From: Octopus vulgaris | Lineage: Eukaryota | Assembly (NCBI GenBank): GCA_951406725.2 | Contig: OX597814.1 | Coordinates: 46,314,001 to 46,378,000 of the forward strand | Direction of reading: 5' to 3' | DNA length: 64,000 bases | Part shown: positions 12,341 to 27,000 of the stretch, one piece after another | How the letters are laid out: each line of letters starts with the position of its first letter | Numbering within the stretch: the first letter of the stretch is position 1 | Translations under genes and position numbers: made by a program | The notes under the pieces: generated by a model | Told to the model about the DNA's origin: nothing | The model's database searches: none | The model's input: the letters and a program-made list of their open reading frames with translations, nothing else

Positions 12341-14795
12341 TTAAGGATACAAGCTCTCCTCTTCAGACTAACTCATAAATAAAAGCAACTTGTGTTCCTA
12401 ACATGTTTTAAGTAGTAATTAGAAGGGAATTCAAGTATTTTTCAAACAATAATATACTCTTCTATTTCAGTAAGTGCATGTTTATGGTATGAGATTTAAG
12501 GCTTGCTTTGTTGTTTTCAGTATATCACACCAAAATTTACAATATTCATAATAGTTCCTTAAAGTTCTACATTTTCTGGGTTAACATATTTATGGACATA
12601 CATTAATTTATAAGCCTAGCTTCATATTTTTCTCATCTTGATGTAAATTTAAAGGAAATAGTTAGATATTGCATTTGATATTTTAAATACTATTTTTAGT
12701 GTCTTAGTAGAATATTTAGAACTTTAAATGACTATAAAGTTTTTAAAAAATAATCTGTGTGACTTCGATTTTTTGATTTAAAATTATATTAGAAATCTTG
12801 ATATAAAATTCAATCATTAAAAATAACTGCTATAAAATTAAATTGCTTTTTATTTTCCTCATAATTTTACAATAACAATGTAAAAAAAATTAAGAAAAGT
12901 TTAAATTGATCTAGCCATAGATTTACTGAAACACTTTAATGTTTAAATTTAAACATATTTGTCTTGTACAAATTCATCGTCTGGAAATCATAATCTTTTC
13001 ATTAATGATTAATGAAAAATGGCTTTTCAGAATTAAATTGCTGCACTAACCAGCAAAATCCTGTGCGAAGCAAAATGAAGTGCCATTACAACCAGCAACA
13101 TAAAATAACTATATTAAATATTAAACTATTTTTCTTAGTTTTTGTTATAGAAATTTTAACTGAAGGGATGCATTCAAATTTTTTGTTTTTCTTCTTGATC
13201 AACTCAAACTACATTTTTATTATATTCTCCTTTATTTTCTTGTTTCTGCTCTATCAGTTTTCAAGACATCACTTCATTACATTCTACTAACCATTTATAT
13301 ATTTTATACAGATTACTTTCAAGTTACATATACCTAATCTTCCTTGTTCACCATTATCACCCAAACTCATGCATATTTACATACAATACACACATAATGA
13401 CAAATGCTTATCCAAAATACTAATTTAAACATTTGCAACATCTCTTTTGCCCTAGTTAATGTTTATCAATCATTTATCATGCATGAAATATGCTTGATAT
13501 TTATGTACAAAAGTAAACAATTAGTATTTTCCAATTCTCCTTTTTCATAGTTTAATACAATCAATGTTGTGCTTTAAACAATTTGATTTCTAGATTTTCT
13601 ACTTTTTCTCATTCTCTTTACTTACTCTCATCTTTTTCCTGTTCAATTTTATTGAGATTTGACTTATAAATACTACAACTACATGTTTTTATAGGAATGT
13701 TATTTTCACAAATATTCCATTATTTTTAAATCATAAATTACTGTATCTATAGTAGCTGGTATTTATTCTTTGCTTTATAAAGGAGTCTTTTCAATTCTAG
13801 TAATTTATATTGCTTTAACACATTGAAGATTATTTTAGTTATCATGAGATTAATAGTTACATTCAAAGAACTATCATATAATCATCACTAAATTCTTCAT
13901 TTTCAACACTTGCTAAACCATTACCACAGTGTCATAGTAGCAGGGCACATATTTTAAGTTAACTTATAAATTGATTGAAATTTATGTAATTTGCATCATA
14001 ATTATTAAAATGTGTTACATTGTTTGTATGAAAAGATACTCATAAAACTTTGTTTCATTGTATTCTCCAGATACTCTTGACTTTTTCTCAAAACTCTATT
14101 CTATTTCATCAGTTGTAACTATAAGCTATTTTCATTCAGTTAAAAGTTTCATTTCAGAACATATATTCTCTAACCTATATGAATTGTTGTAAACCTTTGA
14201 TTTCTCTTGTTTTCTATATTAACTGATAGTTCGTCAAAAAATTAATCTCTTTACTTTATTTGATATATTGTACCACATTTTACTGTACAGAGCTGGTTAT
14301 TTAGATATTGTTTCATGGTAAAAATTTATTTACTTCATTTTATCTTTAGCTTTATTTTAAAACATCTTAGAAATAAAATAGCTCAGTCTATAAAGGTACC
14401 AATTCATGAGTTTTGAATCCAAATCCAGTTGGGAAATTTTGTTGTATCTATGCTTACATCATTGGAAAAGTACCTATTGGAAAAATACTGGATCAAAATA
14501 CAATAAATTCATGTACCATCCATTGGGAAGATTTATCTTCATTCACTTCATGCATTGAAACTGAAGCTAAATAATGGTCTTATGAGCTTAAATAGACTTT
14601 AAGCATTTACCTTTTTAACATACCATTTTATTACATATTCCAATTGTCTTTATTTTTTTCATGAATGTTCTATTAATTTTCTTCCAATATTCCAATAATA
14701 TCTCTAGAAAAGTTGTCTTTAATTGAAGATTCCTTCAATTGTTCTTTTTAGTTGTTTCTTGTTTCCTTATATATGTTAAATATATATAAATATTT

Positions 14796-14834
<39 letters not shown>

Positions 14835-15474
14835 GGGGAATTTTCATACTATCAGCACATATAATATAATTAACTAGCAAAGGTTTTGAAATAATGATTA
14901 TTCTACATTTCTCTACATTTTTTTTTCTTCTTTCATTAAATTTTATGCATACAGTCAAAAATGTTTTTGCTTTTAAACATTGATAAACATACTTATTAGA
15001 AGACAATAACAAACATCCAGAGAGACACAATAATAAACTTCACCTTATCACTTTTAAATCAATATCACAGTTACATAAAATTTTAGAATTCACTCATAGA
15101 AAAATGTGGAAAGGTGGCAATTTTAGTAACTGAATGGAAAATATATATTCTACTGTAAAATTTGTCACACTTAAAAAATTTCTATGAGTAACTTCAATGG
15201 GTAGTTTGTGTTTTAAAATAAAATGTCCCTATTGTCATTACCACACATTATTTTTCTTCGAAAGCTTTTAAGTTTATTATCATTATTTACTGGAAAGGAA
15301 AACAAAATACCTAACTAAAACAAGAATTTAATTGGTGAAACATAACATTGTTATTTATTTAAATGCTTTCAACATCATTTTCTTTACTTTTTTTTATTTG
15401 TATCATTATACTTTCACATTGATATCATTAATATAATCGTACTGATCAAGATTGTATCTTTTCTTTTTTTTCAG

Positions 15475-15630
15475 CAATGGATGTGCAACATCTGAAGACA
15501 TGTTATGGAAGTTAGATGCCCTTCAATCGTTTATTCGAGATTTAAGGTGGCCTGAGGAAGTTTTTGCGGAGCATCTAGACAATAGACTTAAAATTATGGC
15601 TGCCGATATGATTGAAGCTGCGGCCAAACG
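15475..15630 (+). CDS. CADPS: CADPS/CAPS coding exon A (156 nt, phase 2-2), MHD1/MUN-like region
   Basis: Acceptor ttcttttttttcag and donor CG|gtaatt. Encodes [52 protein letters not shown], matching vertebrate CADPS [30 protein letters not shown]...RLKLMASDMIE as I recall it. Confidence 0.96.
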
Positions 15631-16100
15631 GTAATTATTGTACATTTAACAAGTAATTGGTATGTTGTATTGATACCATTTAACCTTACTCTTTGGAATA
15701 GAGGATGCATTTTTATACTTTGCTATATAAGAGGCTTTATATAAAAATGAGCAAAAATATAAGTACAGTACTAGATCAATTATCTGACAAGCTTGGTACC
15801 AGACATACCCTGCTGGATTTCTGGATATTCTAGTTATCTAGAGACAACCTAAATATATACTTAAAGTATAAAATAAAGTATGAAAAGTAAAGAACTAAAT
15901 TGTATTTATGTATTCAAATTAATACACCTCTAAAGCAGGGTCTGTTTGATATTTATTAATCCAAAACTCAGAAAATAATAATCAATTGTGTTAAGTATTA
16001 ATGTTTTTAATTGCTCAATTTCTAATTAATATTTATATAATTTGTAATTTTATGTAATAAATTTTATATTAAATCATTGAATAATTTGATTGCTTTTTAG

Positions 16101-16212
16101 CACTTTAAAAGCTTTTGAGACCTGGTTAAAGAAGAGTGGTAAAGGAACTGATTATATAGTTCACTCTGAGGTCTGTGTCATGATTAACGTTATCACTGAT
16201 TGCAAAAACAAG
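16101..16212 (+). CDS. CADPS: CADPS coding exon B (112 nt, phase 2-0)
   Basis: Acceptor tgctttttag and donor AAG|gtatgt. In frame with exon A (CG+C=Arg). Encodes TLKAFETWLKKSGKGTDYIVHSEVCVMINVITDCKNK, similar to CAPS TRIAFE..LQK...STDF.VP..IC.MFNV..DAK. Confidence 0.93.
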
Positions 16213-17809
16213 GTATGTATTAAGTCAGTAATGGCTTTCTAATGCTTTATTTTTTATCTTAGCTTGGTGATTAGGTTCTAAATATTTGAATCATTAGCTA
16301 AATTTTAAATTTTGTTATTGAAAATTCAGTGTATTCATATACAAAATACATTCTTTTTCTTACCTGACTCAAATTTGTAGAACTGTTAGTTTTTGAATGG
16401 CTAGCTAACTGCAGAATATTTGCTAGGCAACTATGTGAATTGTTGAAACATCAAATCCATTTTAGCACTTAAGGAAAAGTTTTTAAATATTTCAAAGAAG
16501 AGAATATCCTCTTTTTAAAATTATATATATATATATATATATAAAAGGTTAAGTTGGGGTTTAATTAAATAAAGTGCCTGGGGTCTTATTGAAAAACTGT
16601 CTACAAAATTACTTTTGGTTTAAGTCAACAGTTTGTTGACAGAATACTGAAAGTTGTAAATTCAGAAAAATTAGAATATGAAATGAAGTGATCTTTTAAT
16701 AAAACTTGATTAGATTTGAAGCCAAAAATATAAAAGGAAACAAGACAGGCTAGATGTATTAGTAATAGAAACAATGATTCCATTTAAGAGAAAGCAGACC
16801 TAAATCTATAAAGGCATGAAAGAAACTGTATACAACTGACTAAAGAAAATATATAAAAAAACAAATTTCTGAGCAAAAATGTAAAATGTTTTTATGGTGA
16901 TGGTAATGATGCTTTTTGTATGAACACCTTATCTGTGTTTCTTGTTATTACCCACTAAAGCCTATATTTGTCTATATATGTGATATAATAATTTTTCCAG
17001 TAATATTTTTGAATACTATAGAATTTGGAAGAATTTAGTAAAATAACTTTTTTCCATTATAAACCCAGTATTTGGAAGTAACTTATGAAAAAGGATTTTG
17101 CTTAAAATAATAATGGAAAGTCTTTATTTAAATTGAACACTTTAAAACAGATAGTTTTGTACCATATAACCAGAGGTGAGTTAATGTTACAACAAATGGT
17201 CATGTTGCTACTTCAATACTAACCATTACTACCATGAACCAATGCATTTGTCCTAACTTCTAGAGTTTTTTGTTTGTTGTTTCATAAGTCAAGAAATTGA
17301 TTATTTTTTACCTCATATAATATGCTGTGTGGAAAATATTTCAAATTTATATTCTTTTTACCAAGTGATTTAATCCTATAGCAATATATTCATTAGTAAC
17401 TTTGTACTAGCTCAGTAATTGTTTTTCCCAGTTACTTGATCACATGAAAGTTTTTTCAGGGGTTTTTTTAATTGTGAAATAATCTGTTTTATAATTGTAC
17501 TAATCTTCAAATATACTAGAATACTAATTTCACTAGTGAGTAGTTCTTTTGGAAATATCATTTCATTGGTTTCACAATAACATTTTGGATTATTCTTTTT
17601 GAATGAAGTATGACTTTTATTAAAATTCTGACTAGGCAATTTAAATACTCAATAAACTCATGCGTCTCACTCAAGCTTTATAGAATCCATAGTCTTGAAC
17701 TGCTTTTATTTATTTACTTATTTATTCTATTTATTTCTTTTACTGGTTTTTGGTTGGGAGTTAAGGATTATGCTATGTACTTCCCAAACCCTCCTCTGAT
17801 ACTAATCAA

Positions 17810-20100
17810 ACTATTTTAGTTAATGTTTAGCTTGTGGTGAAAATATGGGTAAAAAGGGAATTCCATGAGAATTCATGGACATGATGAGGGCTGATTAGAG
17901 AAAGGGGCTATTGCAGTACTTGAAGATGGGAAAACAAGAACGAGTGACAAGAAGAGGAGAGCTGGGTGGGCTTGGGTGAAGGTGGTATGGAAGTAGCTCT
18001 GGGGAGTAGAGACCATGATAGTAGCTGTCAGAAGAGTCAGTAGACAAGGCATGTGTGTTGATGAGTGACAATCAGCTTAGTTTTGAATTTCATCTAGGTT
18101 GTTTTTTATATGTAACTACAGATATGGGAGCAATATTCTATTATAGGTCTCATTTGAGCTTGTTAGAGAGTCAGCACTTGTTTAGGACTCTAGGTATTTC
18201 CTAACTCATTTTACTATGTTGCAGATGACATTGTCAGGAAAGATCATCAGTGATTGCGAATACTAGCATTTGTAATATTTTGAAGGTTTGATTGTGTATT
18301 GTTTAAGACTAGAGAGAATGGAGTGGAGGTGTGTTTCTTTGATATGTGCATTGATTGTATTTTTGTGTTGTTGAGAGATATAAAATTTTCATTTCTCTTT
18401 GTGAAATGTTTTCAGTATCTCTATTCTTGGAGTCAGTGCAGTAGGTTTGATGTGAGGTATCCAGAATACATATGAATGATACCTGAGTGTGGAAGGTTTA
18501 AGAGGAAGGAAAAGTAGTATTATCAGCATTGGAATAAGTTTTGTTAAAGAAGAGAGCAAATAGGTTGTTACTGTAGAGAAGGAAATGTGAAAAACTTAAT
18601 CCTCCTTGGAACACATGAGAAATGATGGGGAGTACCTTGTCAACACACTTGGGAATGATATGATTTTGCAGGAAGCTTCCGCCATTTAAGAGATTTAAGA
18701 TGTATGACATTCATAGGCAAGCAATTTAGTAAAAAGAGGTCTTTTGTGCAGGGCACAATCTTGCTGATATTCAGTGCAACAAAATTGTTTTTGCTGAATT
18801 TCTCAAGGGCAAGGAACCACTCCTAAGATGTTGGAAGTAACAGCAATAGTGTGATAGTTGGTGCAATGAGAGAGATTTCTCTTTTGTGGGATGAGATACA
18901 CTGTAGCATTATCCCAAGAAAGATTCCTGTAGATGATATAAAGAGGTTGGTAAGAATAGAAGCTAGCTCTAGAGTATACTATTTGAGGATGAAGAAAATT
19001 GAATATATTCAGAGCTGATATCTTTGTTGGTTTAGAGTGGCTGGAAGTGTTTTCAGATGTGGCATGTGTCTTTGTATGGTAGGGAGGCTGGTGGAATGAA
19101 TACTGAAAGTTGTAGTGAATTTTTATCTAGTGTGTGAAACATGAAAATGGATAAAAATCAAGCAGCAAACATGAAAGCTTTCTTAGCTTTCGTGTTTGCT
19201 GCTTCAGTTGTGTCATAGTGAGTTATAGGATTCTGAAAAGTTAGTGGAAATCCCTTTAGCAAAAAAATAGAAGGATTTATCACAATTTGGAGTAGTGAGA
19301 GAGCTTTCAGACTGTGCCATATGCAACAGTATCTTTTGCTTTTTGAATGGTTGTTTTGCATCAATTTTAGCTGTGAGTAAACACCAACAATTGGTAAGTG
19401 ATAACATAGTTGTTGTAGAGAGTAAAGATAACATTTATGTGGGACTAGTGCAAGAGCAAGAAAGAATTGTGAACACTGAAATCACTGAGAGGTGGAGTGA
19501 GGTAGCTGACCTTTATACAAGATGAGAGTTGATCTATGAGTGGTTAGTAGTTGGGCGAGTTCAGTGAGCAGTAAAGATATCAAATTAATTTTAAGTTGCT
19601 GATAATCATTTAAGAAAGAGGGGCCCAGCAGAAAGAAATGGTTTTACCATGTGTACAAAGACCACTTTTCAAAGATTGAATATAGAGTGTAACTCAAAGA
19701 GAAGAAATTGGGAGATGGGCTGTAAGATAAAGAGTGAATGGTGAGGAGGAAGACATGTGGCTTATGTTTTTGGAGGAGGTGAGTGGTGGGTTCCAGTTTG
19801 CAATATTGTATTTGCTTAACAATTTTATAATGGTCTTGGTTTGAATTTGGGTTTGTTTTGGTTGTGGATGTAGGGAGAAGAGACCATGGGTCACAAGTTG
19901 TCACTGATCACTACTTCAGTCCCTGTATGTAACCTGGTTGGGTGTTTGTTGCCACAGATGGGCTTCTTGCAATCTTATGCTTGCTAGGGCACCAGTCATG
20001 AAGTGAAGAGAAGATGTTATGGAATTAGGTACTAGCTGATAGGGTACTCTTCTGAGGCATTACCCATGGGTAATCTGTGCTGATAGGCCTTTTCTGAAAA
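17810..20100 (-). mobile_element. Degenerate CR1/Jockey-like LINE relic
   Basis: The minus-strand remnant WDNATVYLIPQKRNLSHCTNYHTIAVTSNI (about 18830-18920) corresponds to the W..A.V.PIPK.......NYRPI motif. Endonuclease-like HLLQKHKPHVFLLT follows, and the plus strand is G-rich. Boundaries are approximate. Confidence 0.6.
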
Positions 20101-20934
20101 AACTTTTCATTGCCTGTATCCTCTGACAAACCATAGCACAATGTATAAAAATGCATAATGAGAATTGTCAAAAGATCATGGTGTCCTTCTGCCCAAAATT
20201 TGGCATGAATGTTTGCAACTTAGTTAATTCTTCTAAAGGTAACCATTGACCAGGGGTGGATACTGAAATGAGTGGCTTGTTGGGCATACTGATGTCATTT
20301 TTTTTAATCATCTCTAGGTTGTAACAAAGCTGGGTTTTATGTGGTTATATTTACTTTTTATGTTTTTGTAATCAGTTTACACAATAAAATGCTGTGTTAA
20401 TGCTTTAATTGTTCTATGTATCTCTTATTTTGTGACCCCTTTGTTTTTAGATGCATGAGTCATTGTAAGGGTACCATACTAGCCAATCCATTCAAATGGA
20501 CTTATTATTTTAAAGTCTTTCCCATCTGTTTCTCATTCTTTCAGAGTTTACGTCTTGTTTTTGTGTTATTTTTGTTTGGTTTTGTCTTTTACTTCCACTT
20601 AGAGTTCAGTTAACAATTTGATGATATATGCACGTGTTATTATTTTCCAGCATGGGTTTGGCATGATCAGTTTTTTTCATTTGTGATCAATACACATATT
20701 TTATTGACTGTAATTTCTATACAAACATTATGTAATTATAAAATAATATTAAATATTACTAGATTTTTATCAACTCTATAATTCATTTCCATATAAGAGT
20801 CTTGACTCCAAAGAGAGCCTTAACACCTACATTTTGTTGTTCTGGCTATATATATTAAGTACTTAGTTTAGTTTAAAGTTACTTTTTCTGTATTTCTCTT
20901 TCAATGGTTATCTGGCTACTTAAATAAGTAAATA

Positions 20935-21445
20935 AATAATAATAATAATAATGAAATTATTGTGTATAGTGCTCAGGTGCACTACAACTCATCAAATGTG
21001 CATGCACAGTACATAGAATTATGTACAAAAGTCATGAAAGTGAAGAGTGTATGAGTCATGATATACAAGTTTGCATGTGCATGGAGGGGGAAATATCAGG
21101 TGTGGCGTTGGTGAATTTCAGGAAGCATGGAAGTTTTAAAGGCTGCAATGTCTCAGCAACCAACAACTAATGCATGTAGTTTGTTCCATGTTTCAGCCAC
21201 TCTGGGTGTGAACAAATGTTTCCAAAAGTCATGGGAGCTGTGCTGTTTTCTGACTTTGTAGGCATACCCACATGTGTTAGACACATGAAACTCAAAAAGG
21301 TGCTCAGGGTGGTTGTTGGCACGATGGTTATTAATTTTGTGGGTATTTACTAAGTCAGTTGCCAGATGTCGGAGCTTCATCTATGCCCAAGGAAGAAAGG
21401 CATTCAGAGTATGGTAGATGCCTAAAAGTATTTGTATTATCAAGC
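20935..21445 (-). mobile_element. CR1-type LINE 3' fragment with (TAT)n tail
   Basis: ORF 21153-21380 contains TCGYAYKVRKQHSSHDFWKHLFTPRVAETWNKL, matching the CR1 C-terminal RGH..K....RK.FF..RV...WN.LP motif. An (AAT)n run marks the low-coordinate end. Confidence 0.75.
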
Positions 21446-22264
21446 ATCAAACTTTTCATTGCACTATTAAACTACCAAAGGATTATAACAGATCTTAAAT
21501 TTTATCTGTTTTGCAGTAATTTTTTAAATCCTAGAAAACTTGCTTAGTTTGATATGCTATCAACCAATTATTACATCTTTATCCCCATCTGATGTTATAA
21601 GAAAAAACTCAACACCTTGAATATTGTTTTGCTAATACATAATATTCATTTAACTTAATTTTTGCCATTTATTGTGGCCTCTTCTAAAAGTTGTTGCAAA
21701 GAGGGTTGGTCATCACCACCTAACAATAATGGTGATTGCTAACCTATCAGTACTCCTTGTATTAGGATGATTTAGAAAGTTTACTTTGTCTCTAACATTC
21801 TGTTTGTATTTCAAAATACTTCATAGTAGGAAGTCTATCTCTGAAGGCTATTAAATAAGTCTACCCATGTGAATGTGTTAAGCCAAAGTGAGCATGATCC
21901 ACTTAGAGTGAGCACGAACATGATCTCTGAAAGAAGCAGTTGTGAAATTCAATTGCTAGAAAGCATTGGTTAATTAAGTTCAAACTTTTCTACAACCTTC
22001 ATTTTGTTCCTGGGAAAGACTTATATATTTTGCTTTAGCTGGAAACAGGTGCAATTCTTGCTTTGTATTTAACTACTTGATATGTAAGACTAATTCTTGC
22101 AAATTCAGATATGAGAATGAAACCCATTTCATGGTTGCTGCCATGAAAAAATAAATATAAAACAATTATAAGGCACTATTTCCTTTGGTAGGTATGACAT
22201 GGAACATAGATTCCAAAACATGAAACCTTCGTTTTTGCTATATGATATTTCCACTATTTTGTAG

Positions 22265-22303
22265 GCATTGCACCTGTGTGCCTTGGACAGCGGGGAAAAT
22301 ATT
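22265..22303 (+). CDS. CADPS: CADPS small coding exon C (39 nt, phase 0-0)
   Basis: Acceptor ctattttgtag and donor ATT|gtaagt. Encodes ALHLCALDSGENI, which fills the gap corresponding to vertebrate STKLCSMEMGQE between exons B and D. Confidence 0.85.
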
Positions 22304-24579
22304 GTAAGTATTTTAAAATACTAAAGTCTACTTTATGCATATGTGTGTATATATATATGTATATGTATGTCCTTAATAACCAATTGTTGATAATATCAAC
22401 ACAATTACTTTCATTGTACTATCAACACTATCACTTTCATTGTATTATTTTATTCAATAAGTTAAAAATTTGCAATTTATTTCAAGGAAAAGAAATTAAA
22501 AGCTGTTCAATAAGTTATCCTCAAAATTCAGTTAACATAATCATTTCTGACTTCAGCAAATAGCTTAAAATTGAACCAACCTAGTACATTACTAGTATAT
22601 ATTTTATTGACCTTAGAGAGATGAAAATCAAAATCAACTTCAGTAAAATTCAAACTTAGTGGAATGACACTTGTTAAATTGAGAAAATTTTTCTTTGTAT
22701 CTGTGTCAAAGTTATCATTACATACTTTAAAACCCTTATGAGAAAAATCTAGATGACTAAACCATATAATTTCTCTTATATTTCTGCCTAAGTTCTCTTT
22801 ATGCCACATCTCATCTGATTGGGTTAAATAGTTATCTAGTTTGTTATTATGGCAACATTCTTAATTGTCTTAAATGATAGCACAATAAAAATATTTATAT
22901 AGGATCTTAGTTAGCATACTACCTTCAAAACAATTCCCTCTTCACAGAAATTGATTTTCATAAAGCTCACTGGAAATTAGTAAAAATTAATCTAAGACAA
23001 ACCTACCTCTGTGCACTGAAAGAATAAGAGCAGCTTGATGTATCTCTCTATAGCTCTAATTTTTTCTGATTATTAGAAATAAAATGCAAATAAGGAATAC
23101 TGAATGCTCTATTTCAGTGTATGTATATTAGACTTATTGGTTGATAACATTAACTCCCAACCTTTATACTCAGCACTGAAATGCAGCATAAAAGCCTAAA
23201 CAGCCACCCCCATCACCCCAAAAGAATCCTTTGTAATATCTTCTATTTATTGAAAACACACAGTGCTTTGAATAATTTACCACTTTAAGGATATAGTTTC
23301 AAAATTAATTTTTTTTTTTCAATATAATCACATCTAAACTGCATATAGAAGCAAAATATCTCTAGAATAACTGTTGCTTACTCTTTAAAATAACTCATAT
23401 TAAATATTTTTCAAATTTTTGTTTAAAGTAACTTGAAAAGATGGAAATCCTTAGCTTTTGTAAAAAGCTTCCCTTATGCTTATTCAGAAAAGTGTTAGTA
23501 TTTGGTCATCTTCATAAAGTTTGGTTTCCTTCAGAATCATTAATTACATTGAGAAATAATGAACAAATTATTGAATAAAACAAATTTTTCGCAGTATGAA
23601 ACTGTGTAATCCAACTGCAACAGGCTATTAAGTTACTTTTTAATTTTTTTTTTCTTGAGTAGCTCAAGTGTGAACTGTTTTATATTTTGACTTGTCAAAG
23701 TATTGTTTAGCCTCAGGTTGGCTCTGAGTTAGCAGATCTATGATCAAAAGTATTCCAGCTGTGACAGCCTATCTTTTTTTTCGAACATAGTGTGTCCTAT
23801 GACTACAATATTCTATGTCCTTCCATTTTCCTAAAGATTGCAAAGTATAATATGAGAGAAATTTGACTCTTATTTCTAGCAGGTCTAGTTGGTTCATTGT
23901 CAAAATATTTATCAAAAGACATAAGCATATACTTTGTTGCAACTCAAGAGATCTAATTATTACATGAAATACATAAAGTATATATTTCATATTACCTAAG
24001 AAATATGTATAACTAATCTTGTCCTTTCTTTCTTTCTCTGCCTTTCTCTCACTAACCCTCCCCATTTCTCTCTCTCTCTCTCTGCGCACACATACACACA
24101 CACATAAACACTTATTGGAATATTTTTCCATATTCCAATGAGACATGGTCTAATATATGATTGAACATAGTGGAACACATTTTTCTTTCAGTATAAGGGT
24201 TTATTCAAGGACATGAATTATTTAGTCCAAAGAATCAATAAAAATTCACGAAGGAGAAAAATTATTCTCTATTTATTCACTTATCTATCAATGATATCCA
24301 ACATAGAAAACTAAGCAAAAACAAATACAGAGAACCATATTTTCAATTAAACAAGAATCATTAAAAAAAAAAAGTATAACAAGGAAAAAGAAAACAAAAT
24401 TTTCTCTCTCAAAGATAAAAGGACACTTTCAAAATGTCCAATTCTTCTTCCCACAACAGAACTTGTGTATGTAATATCAATGTAATAATTTGACCCAAAA
24501 TATCTAAAAAGAAAATTTTTAAATTCATGTATTACTTTAAGCAAATTTTTGACTCTGAAGCTAACGTTTATTTTTATAG

Positions 24580-24654
24580 CACCAGTACCATACAAAAATT
24601 GATGAATTCCTTGAAAAAGTACAGGTGCAAATGGGGAAATGCTTAGTTGAAAAA
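24580..24654 (+). CDS. CADPS: CADPS coding exon D (75 nt, phase 0-0)
   Basis: Acceptor tttatttttatag and donor AAA|gtaagt. Encodes HQYHTKIDEFLEKVQVQMGKCLVEK (CAPS HQYHSKIDELIE...). Confidence 0.94.
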
Positions 24655-24758
24655 GTAAGTACTTTAAATATTCCTGTTTATGAAGTAACTAGTTTACAAT
24701 TCTTTTCCTTGTTTCTTCTATCTCTCTCTCTCTCTGTGTCTCTGTCTGTCTCTGTCTT

Positions 24759-24793
<35 letters not shown>

Positions 24794-25270
24794 TGTGTAT
24801 GTGTATAACATCAGCAGCAGTACTTTATTTCCACACTCTGTTCTGGCATGGGTTGGAGAACCGTGACTTACTCATACATTCCATTTATACATGGTTTTCC
24901 AACTGGAGGGCATTCTTAACATCAACTATTTTACAAAGTATATTGAGTACATTCATTTACGACACCAAATTTTGTTGCAAGGGGCATTTTGCCAATAAAA
25001 ACTCAAGCATTGATTATATTTTGCTTTTATTATCAGTCCATTAGTCAACTAATTAACTAATCAATTACTTAATTAATCAATTGATTAATCAAGCATTTGG
25101 TTCATCAATGTTATTTTGTTGCTGTTTGCTATTTTATTTCTGTTACAAAGTGATTTCTCTCTGTTTTAATTCGGCAATTATAGTTTATATCTTTGAATAG
25201 GGTGTGTGTCATTTTAATTAGGGTAGTTTTCTTTGATATTTTTGTACTGCATGGTCAGTATCTACATACC

Positions 25271-25302
<32 letters not shown>

Positions 25303-26170
25303 AGCATGTATGTTGTTTAATTATGTCAGTGCTTGATGCTTTGTGATTTAGTAGTTTTAAACTTTTTACATTTCTTCTACTGTTTGGTCTAAAACACCTC
25401 ATCAAGTAGACAATTCACAGTGATATTACAAAAAAGCCTTAAATGAAAACCAGGAATGGAAAAAAATAAGTGTCTTTTAACCATATTAGAGTTATATCCC
25501 TATGTTATAAGAGATGAAAGTACTTCAAGAAAACCTAAAGCTAAGCCTAACCCCAACCCTAACCCTTACTAATAGGGTGGAACCAACTTGGTAGTTAAAA
25601 TATATTTCCATTCATGAGGATAAGGGAGAAAATTTTGCTTTTAGTAAGGCCCCTGAGAAAAGTAAATTCTTAAGAACAATCCTTTTCTCTGCTTAAAATG
25701 TTTTCACCTCCTGCTGCTGTTGTAATATGGCCTGCACTCTTCCAGTAATCTCCAGTTGACATTATATTGCACAGCATTATCTTGCATTTGTATGTTGTGA
25801 TATAATAGATTTTTACTCAGATATTTCTCCATGGAAGACTGGAAATTAACAACATTGCTTGTATGATGATGATGATGATGTTCATTAACAGTCATTTGAT
25901 GGTAAGACAAGGCTATGCCCAAACAAATACACACACATACAAATATAAATATACACAGAGCCAAACTTTATTTCTAGTGCATTCATTGCTCACAAAACAA
26001 GTATGTACATTATGCTGAAGTGAAAATACATTTTCCTATAACAAAATCCATCTTGAATAGTCTGAGAAAGCTTCCAGTATTTGACAGGAATAAACAAGAA
26101 TAATATATGGATAAACACACACACACACACAAATACACCCATTATACATATATATATATATATATATATA

Positions 26171-26493
26171 TCATCATCATCATCATTTAACATCCGCTTT
26201 CCATGCTGGCATGAGTTGGACAGTTCGACGGGGGTCTGGAAAGCCAGGAGGCTGCACCAGGCTCCAGCCTGAACTGGCAGTGTTTCTACAGCTGGATGTC
26301 CTTCCTAACATAAACCACTCTAAGAGTGTAGTGGGGGCTTTTTATGTGCCACTGGCACAGGGGCCAGAGGAGGCTGGCAACAACCACAATTGGTTGGGAC
26401 TTTTTACGTGCCACCAGTATGGAAGCCAGTCAAGGTGGTGTTGGCATCAGACATGTTTGGATGGTGCTTTTTACATATATACATATATATATA

Positions 26494-26535
<42 letters not shown>

Positions 26536-27000
26536 TACACACACAAATATTATATCATCATCATCCTCATTTGACGTCTGTTTTCTATGCTGGGATGAGT
26601 TGGACAGTTTGACAGGAACTGGCAAGACTGGAGTCCGCAATTGGTTCCATAGTCTGTTTTGTCACTCTACAGAGGTACTGTAGAGTGCCAACCACTCTAC
26701 AGAGTGTGCTTGGTGCTTTTTACATGTTGTGGTGGGTGGGTCTTCTTGAGTACAGCAATGTACTACCTATTTATACACACACATACACACACACATACAT
26801 ACTCATATCATCATTATTATTTAACATCCATTTTCAATGGGGATATGCTGGACACTTTGATAGAATCCACCAAGCCACAGGGCTGCATCAGGCTCCAATG
26901 TCAGCTTTGGCATGGTTTCTACACGAACCACTTTATAGTGTGTGCTGGATGCTTTTTGTACCACCAACACTAATAAGGTCACCAAGTAGTTTGCAAGACA
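26171..27000 (-). mobile_element. Three tandem RTE-LINE 3'-tail (or RTE-partner SINE) fragments separated by (TA)n/(CA)n
   Basis: Each begins (CAT)n-TTTAACRTCYRYTTT.CATGCTGG.ATG.GTTGGAC, at about 26171, 26553 and 26808. The same sequence continues into RTE C-terminal coding sequence at 54465-55000. Confidence 0.75.

Noticed and set aside
13312-13400. Acceptor-like tttatacag followed by ITFKLHIPNLPCSPLSPK, reminiscent of the vertebrate CAPS1 proline-rich alternative exon
   Set aside because: That reading is phase 0 whereas the intron is phase 2, and no donor occurs before a stop.
15452-15634. ORF-track call as a stand-alone 60-aa gene
   Set aside because: It is CADPS exon A plus intronic polypyrimidine sequence; the start codon is not real.
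23595-23631. Possible alternative to exon C after tttttcgcag (reads MKLCNPTAT in one frame)
   Set aside because: In the required phase 0 it reads TAT GAA ACT GTG TAA, an immediate stop, and there is no good donor.
25533-25568. Telomere-like CCCTAA repeats
   Set aside because: Only a few degenerate units; too short to call an interstitial telomere.
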